NCBI GenBank assembly: GCA_965113315.1
Contig: OZ220365.1
DNA: 64,000 nucleotides
Direction: 5' to 3' (one strand)
Origin: Podarcis vaucheri
Taxonomy: Eukaryota
A program made the translations under genes and the position numbers. Position 1 is the first letter of the stretch. Every line of letters begins with the position of its first letter. Shown one piece after another: positions 24,740 through 38,959 of this stretch. Below the pieces are notes generated by a model. It was not told the DNA's origin and searched no databases. It saw nothing but the letters and a program-made list of their open reading frames with translations.

Positions 24740-26807
24740 TTAATTAATAGGTCCGCAGGATTGAGGTTGCGGGCCCAAGAACAGTGAAGCTGTGGGTGGC
24801 AGGCCCAAGGCTGGTAAAATTGCAATACACACTGGACAACCATCTGGGATTTGAATTGGCCACAACTCTATCAATTACAGGTGTCAATAGGCCTTGGTGA
24901 AGGCATGGGATATGTATCCTGAATCAATCACTCTTGGTTGATTATTTTGGCAGCATTCACCAAAGTTACAGATTACCCTATGACACACATTAAATCAGGG
25001 CACCCCACCTAAAATCACCGGGGTGAAGCTATGGCCCATCAGCTTCTGTCTGGGTGTCTGTTGGAGCAGCAGAACTGTAGGGGTGCTTTGGAGCCAGCAT
25101 GAATCTATCATGCTCAAAAGAAAATGAACAGGGTGTGCAAGTGCATCTGTGCCAGCTCTATTCTGGCAAACATGGCACCCTGGCAGGAGTGAGCCAGTAC
25201 CCATCCACGATGCCCGGTATCACTATCTGAGGAAGATGACTCACCTGTACTGTCCTCGCTGACTGACTTGCGGCATTTGCTGGACTCCTGATGCTGCTTC
25301 TTGTGTGGATGGGCATTTTCTGTTGCTCTTCTGAGGTGGCTCCTCACTAGTAGAGTTGGAGGACTCCAAAGGCTCCACTGGATGCTGACACCCCCATTTG
25401 CTGGCCTTAGGGGGAGCAGAGGGTGGCTGCACTAAGGCAGTTTTGAGACACAATGCAGCCTAGGCACAATGTTATAGCCTCCATTGCCTGTATGAAGCCC
25501 TTTGAATTGGAAGTCCTTGTCCTGGGTACGCTTGGTGCCAAGGAGCCTTTTGAAGATGCAACTGTTGTCAGGGCTAAACACTTAGTCTTCTTGACTGTAT
25601 GTCTGGCCTCCTTCATTCTCCTCAGAGCCCTGGATGCTGCTGATGAGGTGTCCCCTGGGTGACAAGGGGTGCACCTACAAGTTTGGAGGGGGCAATGCAA
25701 AGTGCACAGGCAACGACACATTTTTAGAAGGCGTAACATGGGTCTGAAAGATGCCACAGAGATAAGGTAAATCATTAATCCCAACAATACAGCCCAATCA
25801 AAGGAGAGACAGATAAATCTCTACTCCTAGCACCACACCCTATTCAATGGAGAAACAAAAGTGCTCTTGACAGTGCTCTTGACAGCACTGCCAGTCAATT
25901 TCAAGAACTATATATAAGCTTAAGGCATGTAAAAGTATCTCTGTGACTGAGTGGGTTACCTTAAATATTGTCCCCTGCCAGTTAGCAAGGCGATGGCAGG
26001 CAGTGTCACTGAATCAGCCCTGAGTGCCACGCTGGAGAGCCCAATGGGAGCTGGGGAAGGGAATTACACCCTTTCACACACTGCCCTGTTGGTCCTGCAG
26101 CTGTCTGCCACACCCGAAGTGCAACTGGCAGCACTAGGCTCCCTAATGTGGTCGGGGAGTATCCTATTCCAAGTGCTGCCCTGTTAGCACAGCTGGGAGC
26201 TGGGGTGGTTCCCTCACCACAAGCACACTTGGTGGTGCTAGACTCATCCCAGGTTCCGCCCAGGGGGTCACTTACTAAAAGCACCCCCAAGTAAGGCAGC
26301 ACCACTTCAAGTGGAGGGAGTGGGGATTATCCTCTTTTAACCCTCGTAGTGCAATGCTCCCCTGAGGGGGAGTGGGTGCGGATTAACTCCCTCACCTGGC
26401 ACCTGGCACTCCCCATCACCATTGCCCACTACTACCCTGCTTCCAACAAACTCTTCAGCCACTTCCAAGGCCCCATAACTTTGCTCCTCTTCAGCTACTG
26501 TGGGAGTCTCCTGGAGATGTCCTTCTTTATAAGAGACCAAGCTTCATCTGAGAGTGGTGCCAAGCATGGCTTTCTTTTATGCCCAGAGTGGACCAGAGGG
26601 AAGGCAGGCGGGTGACATGTTCCCTCTGGTTTGCCCCCCAGGCTGTGCCCACAAGCTCACCCATGATTGATTGGCATTGTGGGTGTGCCCTAGACCCCAG
26701 GGCAGCCAGGGAGGAGGAGGAAGTGACGTCCTCCCCCAGCCACCCAGACCCTGGATGGGTACCTGCTGGCACCACTCACCCTGAGCTGCAACCACCACCT
26801 CCTCACA
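24740..26807 (-). mobile_element. Decayed, internally deleted LTR-like or Ngaro/DIRS-like retroelement
   Basis: GC-elevated 2-kb block. The minus strand starts TGTGAGGAGGTGG with CCAAT and TATA-like motifs, carries remnant K/R/S-rich gag-like frames (ESSSSDSD), and ends in an AGTTGTGGCC-type terminus. No TSD found. Confidence 0.45.
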
Positions 26808-28128
26808 GACAGAGGTAAGCAGCCATTATTGTAATTAGGTGCAGGGTGAGAGCATAACGACTGGAACAGCTTCCTTCTAATTGATATTTGTCCTGTAAAC
26901 AATTGAGAGCTGCTCAATTGTGCAAGGACAATTTCCTTTGAGATATGCCTTACTGTACCACTGCCCCAAAGAGAAGCAGATTTTAAGCAGTGCACTATGC
27001 AGCTAAAACAAAAGGCAAGGTCTTATTGTGGGCTGGGGGAGGGGGCAGAATCATGAATGAAACTCAGCAAAAAAATTTACAAGTGTTTGTTTTTCAGATA
27101 TGCCAGAACACAACCCTCACTTGTAAACAGAACAATCATTTGGAAGTGGAGACCAGCCATCTTCTTCCCACCCAGACTTCTTTCCCAGATACCTAAATGG
27201 AATTGGGCTTCCATGCCAATGCTCAAGCCAGGTCTGCTAACATTCTCGGGAATGCCTTCTCCTCCCCACCCCCCTAGTTCCACCATGTTTCTTCACTTGC
27301 TTTGCTAAGATATAGTGCTGCCTCATTATGCAGATGAACCAGCTGACATCATGCTGCCTGCAAGGGGACCTACAGTTTAACTGCTGTCTTCCATAATTTG
27401 TAAAAATATGGATAGAAATCCAAATATTCCTTAGCTAAGAAGCCTTTAACAGGACGGGGGTTGGGGAATGAGTGTCCATGGGAAGGAGTTTGGTTTTGTT
27501 GCTGTTGTTGTTTTGGTAAGCATTTGCACTGCGTTGAGTCAGAGTAAAGTACCATCTGGAATCTGGTAAGCCTGGCAGGACTCCACTAAAAGGAAAAGCC
27601 TATATTAGAGCCACATTCCATTGATAGCCATAATTAAAACATCAAATAGCATATTAGGCAGAATTTTTAAAGGACATTATTTGTACCTTGTAATTAAACA
27701 CACACATTAGTTCCCCCTTAATATGCTGTATGCATCCAACCACATATTTGCCCAGGCTTATTATCTCCATCTCAGAAGTGAATTGCTTCCTTCCTTCCAT
27801 CTGACTCATACAGTTAGCAATTTCTTAATAAAACCCATACATTACAATAGTGATGGGTCAAGACATCTGGTCATTTCATGTGCTCCTCCAGCCCAATGGG
27901 TCTTGGGTTCTCACACTGTGCTAATCCTGCAGCTCAGTGGAGGGGTGCAACACAACATCCTATTCACCATCAACCTCTCCCTTTCCTGTGTCTTTTGATG
28001 AAACCCAGACTCTAAAAGTTTGATACCTTAATAGATTGTGCATAGATTTGTGAATCTATTCATTTGGGTAGTGAAGTACTTCAGCGAATGTTACCCTAGT
28101 GAGCACCTTGAGTCATCTTCATGGTAAA

Positions 28129-28275
28129 CTGGGATAGCTTTGTTGGTAGAGCACGACACTCTTAATCTATGGGTCATGGGTTTGAGCCCCATGTCAGGCA
28201 AAAAAATATTCCTGCATTACAGGGGGTTGAACTAGATAATAATCATGGTCCCCTGCAATTCTACACTTTTATTAT
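28129..28275 (+). mobile_element. tRNA-Lys(CTT)-derived SINE with CR1-type 3' tail
   Basis: TAGCT..GTTGGTAGAGCACGACACTCTTAATCT..GGGTTTGAGCCCCA (decayed tRNA-Lys) followed by TTCCTGCATT.CAGGGGGTTGAACTAGAT..GGTCCC. Confidence 0.8.
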
Positions 28276-30739
28276 TTTTATCCAAGTGACCTCTCCCAGC
28301 TGACTGCTCTGCTACCCTTGGGCTCTGGCAGTCTCATCATATCTAAGGCTCTCCAGCTATAGTAGTCCAGGGTGCTTATGTGCCTCCTCAACACACCTTT
28401 AAGATGATCAGGCAAAGACAAGCACCAATCAGTCAGAAAAGTTTATGGGGCCTTACTGAGGGATTATTAGCTTTCATGTTGCGGCTCCTGGGGCAGCAAG
28501 TGCTCTAGCAAATGCACACTACATACATTTGTGATCTCAATCAAGTGTTTTGCTAGCCTCCCAGGGTGGGGGGAAAAGTGGCATCCAATTTGGAAATGTT
28601 CATGAAAAGATATAATTTTATAGGGAAAGGTGTCTTGAAGTGAATGTTTTTCAGGGAAGAAACCTACTGGATCTGGTGAATCATAACTCCATAAACAATA
28701 AATAAATAGTAACAATCCATTATGTTTGGGTTAGTATATGAACCTTAAGTGGTTATACAGGATTCTTGGGTCTTTTCCAAAATAGTTAGGCATTCTCAGA
28801 TAAATGCAGCAAGGCTGAAAGCTAGCGACACCTTGATTGCCAGTTTTGTAACCCAAGTTAAGTATCTTCTCAGTTTTCTAAATCAAATCAGTGTTTTAGC
28901 AAATGGCTGCTACACTGACAGAGATAAGTACTTGGAGTCATTTCTCATCATGGTACATGAGCTCAACTGGAGAAAGAGAAAAACATCTAAAAATTGAGTA
29001 GATTCTGTACGACTAGAGTGCTGTGGATATGGAAGACCATGACATGATTTAGACATGGGCAGCCAAAGGTGATGAGGATTTTATGATAGGAGGGACATAA
29101 GACCGGAGAGGGTGGTAATCTTTTTGAATGCTATCTTTTCGTGCAACTAGGAAACTATTAGTATTAGGTCCAGCAAAAAGTTGGGGAGGGGCAACATGAA
29201 AATGCACTCTGAAGATTGTATAAATGTTCACATCTTCTGGATGCATGGTGACATCTTGAACATTGGATGCTACAGGACTACAGTTCCCATCATGCCTGTC
29301 TCTTGGCTGTGCTGGCTGGGACTGATAAGAAATTAAGTCCAACAACAACTGGAGAGCCATGGGTTTCTTACCCCTAATTAATACATATGCATGGAACAGA
29401 TCATGAGCAGAAATGCATAGTCAGTTCATTTGCTCCCTCACTGGAAATAACCAGCCCTTGCACATGAGTTGCCATGTGTACCAATATAAATTTTTGGGAG
29501 TGGTGGGGTTAGCTCAAAACAAACTCCCCTTCTAATCAACTGGAACTTACTGCTGAAACAAGTCTATTAAGCTGCACTCCGACAGAGTTTCACTTGACAT
29601 TGCTGTTGTCTACGGAGCTGTGAAACCCCTTCTGAATCCCAGCCAATCAGGCCTAGACATTTGAAGCCTGGCTACAAATCCATTAGAGCAAATAGGTATT
29701 TCACTGACAGCGTGTGGTCTGGATCAGTGTCTGAAAGAGACATGCTGTCAGTGAGTGGGTGCTTCTGGCATTCTACTGAGCAGCTTGATATTAAACAGGA
29801 AGTCGTTGTGATGGCAGCAGTGTAACAGGACATGTGGGCCATTTTGATGGGAATATCAAATGGAAAGCTCCAGCCCAGGAACTTTTGAATATTTCAGATC
29901 TACAAATGTCACAGCGAAGAGGACACTGAGCAATTTCTAACTTGATGGGAAGTTAAAATGTTAATTGTCCTATTAAACTTGGGGCAATTCTACTCAGTTT
30001 TAAAGATTCATACAAAACTTATGTTTTAATGTACAGTAATATATATATGGGAATTGTTGGGTGGCATGAAACAGCTCAACCAATCAAATGGATTGGAATA
30101 ATACACACGCCAAGGTCATGACTTATATTTTCAGTTTCAGCTAGTTTAGGGGTGTTGTGGTTGTTGTTATAAATAACCTTTTACTATTAAATGTTCTGTC
30201 ATCACACGTTCTACCTTGGGAGCCGTAAAATGAATCAGTTAATGTGGAATGCTTGGGAACAAACCCATTGATACCACAATCCTAACCACATACACACAGG
30301 ACTAAATCCAACTGAGGAATGTATCTCCAGGTAAATGTGTTTACGATGCAGGTATTAGCATAATGAATTACATGGACTTAAACCCAAGTATTAAGAATTA
30401 CATTGTGTATGGAACAGGATGCTAGTCATCCATTTGCAGCAGAAGTTTCAGATAGGACACATAAAGCAGGAACTGAAATCTGAAGTCTCCAAACCACCTA
30501 CTGATGTTGTAGTTAAAGGAATGTAAAGGTTAATGATGTTTAAAAACAAAAACAAACAAGATCTAATAATTCTGAATAACTTGCACACCAGGTGACAGTA
30601 TTCTTATATTTTATCCAAAATTTGCAGTACCAATTAAAAAATCAGACTTGATGGTATTAAACGTAGTATTTCTTTATATGCTAGTGGAAAGGTTCAGTGT
30701 CCATATTGATTCAACAATGGTATTGTTTTGATGATGTTT

Positions 30740-30812
30740 TATTGTATTTGTAATATTTTGTTGGAAACCGCCCAGAGTTGCTGGGAAAACCAGTCAGATG
30801 GGTGGGGTATAA

Positions 30813-30854
<42 letters not shown>

Positions 30855-30855
30855 A
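30740..30855 (+). mobile_element. L2-type LINE 3' terminus with (TTG)n microsatellite (30814-30855)
   Basis: GGAAACCGCCCAGAG..CAGTCAGATGGGTGGGGTATAAAT plus triplet tail. Confidence 0.7.
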
Positions 30856-32628
30856 TAAAAACCTGTTCCTTGAACCAGCTTGAGCCATTTCAGCTCTAAG
30901 GAGGTTCCATTCTATTGTACATTTCCTTCTAGATGGGAAAAGATCAGAGACATTTGGATAAAGTGCTTTAACTATCATGCCCAGATTGTGATCGCTAAGA
31001 TCCAATGAACAGTGCTTTCATTAAAAATAGATGTTAAGACTGAGCCTGAGTTTGCACTTACCCTTTGCAAATTATCTCCAACAACCAACTTTGGTAGCCC
31101 AGAGACCACCATCTATCCTATGCCCCTGTTATTTATTTTAGAAGCAAAAGGCTTCTAAATCTTTCCCAACCTTTATGGCTTCTCATCATTTTAGGATTAT
31201 TATGATCATTGGTATGCACTTTGCTTTGACATAGAAATATTTCATAAGGACATTTTGGTAAAATGTCGAATTCTCCTCCTTTCGCCTTCTCATCCTTGCA
31301 TGCCTCCTTTTCATAGGCTGCCTCCCTTGAATCCTTCTTTTGAATTAGGTAGCCCACTTAATCTGAAGCAGCTGTGATTACCCTTCAGTAGAGTAAAGGA
31401 AATATTGCCTGGCAGCAGGATGTGTAGGCCAATGAAAAGGTTCTTTGTGTCAAAGGCAATCACACACTAAGTTAAGTTTTCAACCTATCAAGCTCTCCCC
31501 CCTCCTCCATGCATGTTAAAATTACATTCCTGGAGTGGGGTTTTCTTGTGCTTTTATGATAGATGCCCTGCAGATCCCATTAAGAGTGTTCTATTTCAAC
31601 AAAGTGTGTAGGAGTCTTTCACTTCTCTGTTTTAATTTTAAAATCTTCACATATTTATTATATTTTAGAATTAATGCTGTTTTTAAAGTACAAGAGAGAG
31701 AGAGAGAGAGAGAAACAACAACGCATTATAAGCAGATTGCCAGAATAGGAGGCCTTGAAAGTTTTAGGAACTGATAAGATTCATTCAGTGCTGTTCAAAT
31801 CAAATGCTCTGAGGGGGCACCTAGCCCATGTGTGCAATGCCTACCATCCCTTATACTGCCATACCTCTATTCAGGTCATATTTTTTTAACTGTGATGCTT
31901 TAAAATAGATGCCTGCAGCCTAATCAATACAGTATATGAATTTCACTCAGCCACCAGCTCCACCGTTTCTTGAACCTCATTGGCCTCTTAGGGTAGCCCA
32001 GTCATACTGCTGTAGTCATATTGCAGTTGCTATCTATATTGAGTTTGAATTGGTTTTTATGTATACATGTATCTGTTTTATATATGTTTTTATTATATTG
32101 CAACTCACTTCTAGATTTTTCAATGGAAGCAATTCATGAGGAAGAGGTTGAGGATGCTGATTGAAAAATCTCCCTGTCGTGATTTAGCCTCTAGACCTGC
32201 TTTTCCAAAGCTGGTGCCCTCTATACTGGCCAACAAACAGGATTGTGGGAGTTGTAGTCCAGAACATCTTCACCGGGTTGGAAACGCCTGCTTTAGAGTC
32301 AGCCGTGTTGGGCTCCCTTTGTTCTCTGCCCCCTCCCCCGTCCTTTACCTATTTACTTCCTGACAAATCCAGCCTTGTTCCCACATGTAGTTTTACCCCC
32401 ACTCTTACTTTCCTAATCCTCTTTCTTCAACTTTGCTCCACCATCCATGGTTTTCTCATATACCTGCTTTTTAGGCCACTGTTTACTTTGGTCTTCTACC
32501 TTTAGCCGCCTGTCTCTTAGTCAGCCTTGCCTGCATGCTTCTGTCCCTTGTCTCCAGTAGCTTACAAGGTTCTCCTAATCTCAAGTGATACAACATTTCT
32601 TTAGTGCCTCATCACTATCCTCTTCTTT

Positions 32629-32731
32629 AGGGTGGGCAGATGCAAAAGAGGACAGGGCAAGCTAAAATTCTCTTGTCAGCATGACAGTTAAAGGTTCAGG
32701 GACCCTGCTCTCTTTTACATTTGGCCATGTA
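32629..32731. mobile_element. Short hAT-type MITE
   Basis: Inverted ends TAGGGTGGGCAGATGCAAAAGAGGACAGGG / CCCTGCTCTCTTTTACATTTGGCCATGTA. Confidence 0.55.
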
Positions 32732-33795
32732 GTCTTGAATCATTCCCCTGTCTTTTCTAACCTCTTTTTCCTTCTCTGAACTTCCCCAGTGGCTACCTGC
32801 TCTGCCATCTTGCTGGGAGACTCCCGGCTGCGTTAGCCTGCATGCATTTCTATATTCTTTATTCTTGTGCCAGTCCTGTTGAGAGTCTATATTATTTTCA
32901 TATCTGTCAAACTGACTACCTTTTATTCTCTTATAGAAACTGGACTGCAAACGTTCTGACAGCTTCTTTTCAAAGCAATCAAAATATTCGTGTGAATTGG
33001 GAGTCATTACCACTTCAACTAATCTGTGGTAGAAGCTACAGCCCAAATGCACTCCAAATTACCCAGAGCACTCCAACTGTACATGCTTCAATCACTGTGT
33101 TGCCAGTCTCCATAGCTTCTGTGTGAACACTGCTCAAAGGAGAACGAATAAAAGATTTAAAGTACCAAGTCTTTGTAGTAGAGAGCTAATACTTCAAATA
33201 GAAACAATAGCTAATTTGCTACACAGTGAGTATTTTCTATACACTGTAGTCTCTTAGAGATCACCATAATCTGGACTCAGTCTTAATATTCTTTAAAAGA
33301 CAGATTGTACAGTTTATGAGTACTGATTATTTTACAGTTTCTGTCAATGTATCATTCACCTTTGGTCTTTTGTCTGATGTTGGTATTCTATACTATTTAG
33401 AATGATCGCTTTTTCTTGCATACTTTTTAGTCTAAAAGACTTTAATTAACTAATCTGATGATTCATTTTTAAATATTTTATCCCACATTTTGGCCACACG
33501 GTGCTCAAGACAGCTAAAAATAATAATACTGGTACAATAAGATATAATTAAATTGGATACAATAGCTATAAAATACATTTTCAAAACAACAACCACGTAA
33601 CATCAAGTCCCATAAAACAGCAATATTTACAAGTCAAATTGTGGACCAAGGCCTCAGTCAATCAGTCAATAATCAATATTTGTCTGCTGGTGGGTGCTCA
33701 TTAGATATGGGGCTATTCAGGTTACCCTTGGCAAGGTGTTCCAGCACAAATGTTCTGATAAAGCTATTGGAAGAAGTAATTATCTGTTCCATTTA

Positions 33796-34252
33796 AGGAT
33801 GCTGCATAAATTCAATTTAGTTCACATTTGAAGATGAAGCTATCTTATCAACACTTTCTGAAGCAAGATGCAATCCAAAACACAACTCTCCTTTGAAATT
33901 CGCAGTTCTCTGAATGTTGCAATGCAGTTCTCAGCCACAAAATGTTTACAAAAATGCATATACTAGATTAAGTAGGCGTTTAAAAAAATTCATTGAAATT
34001 AGTATTACGGGAAATTGCTTTGCAAGAAATGTGTCTATTAGACAAAACTGCATACAAAAATGTATATTAGGAGAAATTTACACTAAATGCTGGTTAATTT
34101 TCAGGATCTCCTGAAAAAGTAAAAACAAACTAATGTGGGAATGTGGCGAAATGAACTTAAGGGTGCAAAAAATAAGAACCTGAGAAAAACCAGTTTTTAC
34201 AAAAATGCTAGGGTTAATCCTAACCCTAACCCAATAAAATGTTGCATCCTTG
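33796..34252. mobile_element. AT-rich non-autonomous DNA transposon remnant
   Basis: AGGATGC..GCATCCTTG ends; internal repeated CAAAAATG(C/T)ATAT units. Confidence 0.45.
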
Positions 34253-36864
34253 TGATTGCACTATCAGTGGGCCTCAGGGCTCTGGACCAAGGGCTTTGGT
34301 CACTGTCAGAACACTTTCACAAATAGGGCTGTTCAAACATTATGCACTACACATGTAAGCATGAATTGAATGAATGACCACATATGCTGGTTCTCACCTT
34401 CAACTCAGGGACTGAACCCCTCAAAAACGTAGCATATCAGTCACAGGCATGGCTGAACTTGCACTGTATGCATGTGGGTTATATTATGTCCCAATTAAAA
34501 CAGGAGATCATTTTACAATGAAGACCTTTAGGTAGTGAAATGCATGGATCCTGTAGTAATGGGACATGTCTCCTTTGTGAAATACATGGAATGAAATATG
34601 ATGTGTGTGCCTTATGGGGCAGTAGTGACAACTGTTAGACTTTTCAGGCCACAATTTCTGAATTAGGCAGAAGACAGAAACTTCCAAGTCTTAGATTTCC
34701 TTCTCTCAGGCATATTTGTAGGTGCACTCTATTCTCATGGTACACAATCTGAAAACCATCCTGATTTGGAGAGGACTGTTAAATGACAGTCTGTGTAGTG
34801 AATGGCAGTCTCTATAGTCCAGAGCTGTTTGACTTGAAACTGGTTATGAATAATCAAACCTGCTGTTAAACAGATAAACACTATGTTTCAATGATCAGCT
34901 TTTGATTGAAGTAGTGTATGATGATAGATAGATATACAACCCTGCTTCACTCTCTGTTGGGCACCTAAGATGGTCACCTCACTCTTCTGGCCTTGCTGCA
35001 TTAAGAATAATAAACTGATGCTCACAACACTTGTGAGAGAGAAATGTGAAATAAATGGGCAGCTTTAGGCTTTGAAGGAACACTTTGGGGATGAATGCAA
35101 CTGCTGGCTTGTTACTATCATTTAATTAAGGGTTTCAAAATGAGTGTGGAACTTTCAGGAGACTCCTAGTTTCACAAAACTGCCATTCAATGACTATTGG
35201 GAGCTGTGACCCCCTCACATGCTTAGTTAACATTGGTTTCAAATGCCTGGTTTCAAATGGCTTCATGTTAGTCAAACAAACTGTATGCTTACAGGAGAGC
35301 CTGCTGGACAGTGTCTGCCAAGTCTTTAAAAGAGGCAAACAAAATGCTTTACAAATATGTTTGTAATCCATAGAACAAGGAGATGGAATCAATTTCCCCA
35401 AATCAAGGACAATTAGTATTCATATTTTGGTAAATTAGCACTCATGAACATTCCCACCTCTTTGTGTTTGCCTTTATTGTAGAGAGGTTTCCTTAGCAAC
35501 TAAGTCATCTGACCCACTTAATTCTCTAGCACTGTTGTTATAGGTTCTCAATGGAAAGCAAAACAAAGGTTCTCTTTCCATTGAGAGACAAATGGAATGA
35601 AAATCATTCCACGTGGGAGAGTGAAACCATTATGTAGATCACCCCCTGTGCCAATCTCACATTTGCCTTTAAATTGAGTATAAGCATTGGTGGCCATCCA
35701 ACCATGTGCTACAGTCCTAATAAATGAACTGGTGAGGAGAACGTCCTCATTTCCCCTCCCAAACAGACTGGCGCTGTTGCTAATTATCTGACAAGAATAT
35801 GTGAGCTCCACTTACTTCTATACGTGATCCAACTAGGAATATGCACATGGAGGACTATTTCCAACTTTCTCCCAATTTTGTGCTCTATTCAACGCAGAGT
35901 AGACCTATTGAAATTAATTGAATGGCTGCGTTAGGTCCAGCACTTTCAATGAGTCTACTCTAAGTAGAATTGGATACAACCCTAATGATCTGTAGCTAGA
36001 GAGGGCCAAAAGGTGTATATATCACACCCTGAAAAGCCGTATACCATTGCCTTTAAGGTGGGCTACTTTAATCTTCTTTTTGACGGGTTTCAAGGAACAG
36101 TTGAAAGACTCATTTATTTCAGACACTGTCTGTTCCAAGTCTAGTTTAAAGATATGGAATTTTAAGAAGTCCAAGGAATAGCCTTGAACTCACCCAACCC
36201 ACCAACAGCCAGCACTTGGAGGAGGGCTGAATGGGCACACAAATCGCTGGTCACAGTCTTCAGTCACTTCACCTCTATGATATGTATTTTCATTTAAATT
36301 ATAGCAATTGGGTGCGATTCAATATTACATTCTTCCAACCATTCCATCTGAACAGCCATTCCAGCTTGCCAGATGGAACAATACTTCTCTCCCCCCCCCA
36401 ATGTTTTTTTTACATGAAGCCTATGAATCATTACCTTCTGCCTTCAAGTAATTGCTTCAATCACAGCCTACTGGATAATTTGTTGCTTTTTGAAATTTAA
36501 CCTCTTGTAGGGTTTCTAGCATATTGTAATGGCTGATTCACACAACTGAAAACTTAGCACATTGCATCTGGCTGGCTGGCTGGTAAAGAAGCTGTCATCT
36601 GATGGCTTCATTGCACCATCTCAAATATGTTTTCAGAGTATGACTCACTGATGTGTGGGTAAAAGATACTTGCCTCATAGCATTCTGAAAATTATTTTGA
36701 CGGCAGGAAAGCAAACCTTCCGATGCTGCATTTGATGAGGCAACCACTTTGCCAACTAGCCAAGTATTTACCAGGGAGTACACAGAAAAACAGTTCACAG
36801 TTTGGTGCTTCAGATAGGAGATTGACTGATTCTCCTCAGAACAACCGACTAATGGCTTGCCCTC

Positions 36865-37015
36865 TCCTTATTATCTTCTTTTAACCCTTTGAGATAGGTT
36901 AGGCTGGGAGACCATGACGGGTGGCCCAAGGTCATCCAGTAATCTTTATGGCTAAGTGTGTATTTGGACTCTTGTCTCCCATGTTGTGGTCCAACATTTT
37001 AACCATGGCCACACA
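36865..37015 (-). mobile_element. Old CORE/MIR-like SINE
   Basis: CCTTTGAGATAGGTTAGGCTG..GGCCCAAGGTCATCCAG..TTAACCA, matching the CORE block of 5112-5410. Confidence 0.6.
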
Positions 37016-38959
37016 TCTGTTGTGACTCAGACTTAGGAAACATGAAGCCTCAGAAGAAAATTAGCAGATGTCAGATTTACATGAAACTGCATTCCCATCT
37101 TCAAGTCACCATCTCCAAGGAGGCCTGTATCATTAGCATAGTGTTTACAAACTCTGATTGTAACTTGACAAACTGCTTAATCTGGAGCAACTTCTGTGTT
37201 GTCCCTTTGAGTATTTAGGACATGTCTACAAGAATTAGACTGTGAACTGAAGACTCTTTTTCTTTAGACCTAGAAAAATATTCAATTTTTATTTCTGAAC
37301 ATCTGGCATTGATTCACCCACAGTGATGGTTTTAAGTCATTCTGACAGTTAGGAATTCTCTGAGTATCATTCTTTTCATGGATTGTTCATATTTTAGTGA
37401 ATTTCTTTTTTTATTACTTAAATTTTTATCATTATTCAAAAGGGAAGCAGAATTATATGATTTGATAATATCTGTCATAAAATTACTAGTCACTAAAAAA
37501 ACCTTACTAATTTATGGTAAAAATGCTAATGCTATTTACCCAGGAGAAACCCCATTGAATTCACTATGACTTATTTCTGGGAAGGTAGGCATGATTAGGA
37601 CTGCATGGTAAGAAAGTACAGTACCATTCATGACAGCATATATTCATTTCCAACTTTTCTAATTCTAATTTTCATCCAAATAACTAATTACTACATCCCT
37701 TTTCTTTACAGTAAATTCATATTTATATGCAGTCGTAATTAAAGAAATATATTTTATTAACTCCAATTGTTCCCAGATTCTCTTTAGCAAATCCTTCTTG
37801 CTTGGCTTTCTATGTTTTCTCATGTTTTTGGCAAATAAAACTGTAGCTATTGTAAACACATGCAATACTCGTTAATTTTCATTTCTTATATAGTGCAGCA
37901 AAAATGTCATTAGGTCTCATAGTGTAGGGGTCAGATGGGATTACCATGAGGAATTATAGAATATACATCAAGCTATCGTGTCCACGATGAAGACATTGTG
38001 TTGACTGGCTTTGATATATTGATGATAGTTTCTGATTAAATCCCATAAGATTCTACATTCATGCCCTTTTGATGCCCTTTTCCCTCTACTGCCCATTTCT
38101 CTCTCCTCACATGTCATGTACACAGCAGTTGCTTCGCCAGGCATGCATCCTGGGCCATAAAGATAGTGGGCAAGTTTCTCTGATGTAGGATGTTAATCTT
38201 AGGGCCAGGAAACAGATCTCACATTAAGGGGATAATGGTCACTGTCCTCCTGGCCATCCTCCTTATCATATGTATTGATTGTTTATTACCTCTGGGGTTG
38301 CCAGATGCTCTTCTTTGTAGTTCTGTTCTTTGTTTACCCCAGAAATATTTGTGCTTAATTAGTTTTAGTAGTTTAACTTTCTCCCCAGGTGGGTTTGATC
38401 AAATGCTCAGAGGAAATATGATTGGTTCTTACGAGCACTGTGTAAAAGATTCTTTTGCTAATAAAATGGCCTGGTAAGGGGTGTGGTTTACGCACTTTTC
38501 TCCGAGAGCCTTGCTGGTCAAAGCCTCGTGTCTTGATTTTTAATCAGGGTCCAACCCTTCCTTTACTTTGCGAATGCAACACATAGCATGTGCTAACCTG
38601 AACTATTTCTGCAATTAATACTGTTACACTCTTCCTATTTATGCCACCTATTTATTTTGCCTTTCAGCATTCCCACCACATGTGCAGGAAATTCCCCAAA
38701 TACTCGGTTGTTTCCTTTCTCTGGATTCATACATGTTAAACAATTTATGCACAGTTACATGCCACTGGATGCACATCTTAAAGATATCTTCTTTATAGTT
38801 TACTGTGACTGCAGGTTCATACTTTTAGTACATTTCTATTTATTAGGACCCATATTTTTTGTCATCGTGTGTTAATTCTTACAAACAAAATAAGTTAAAA
38901 TCTAGTAAACAGACTCAGTGAGAAAATATGTAGCAGCATGGAATGCTCCTGAAGAATGT

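Noticed and set aside
28129-28200. Possible tRNA-Lys(CTT) gene
   Set aside because: Stems and B box are mutated and it is followed by a CR1-type tail, so it is a SINE head
34209-34232. TAGGG/CCCTAA inverted telomere-like words
   Set aside because: Only 2-3 units inside a transposon remnant; not evidence of a fusion site
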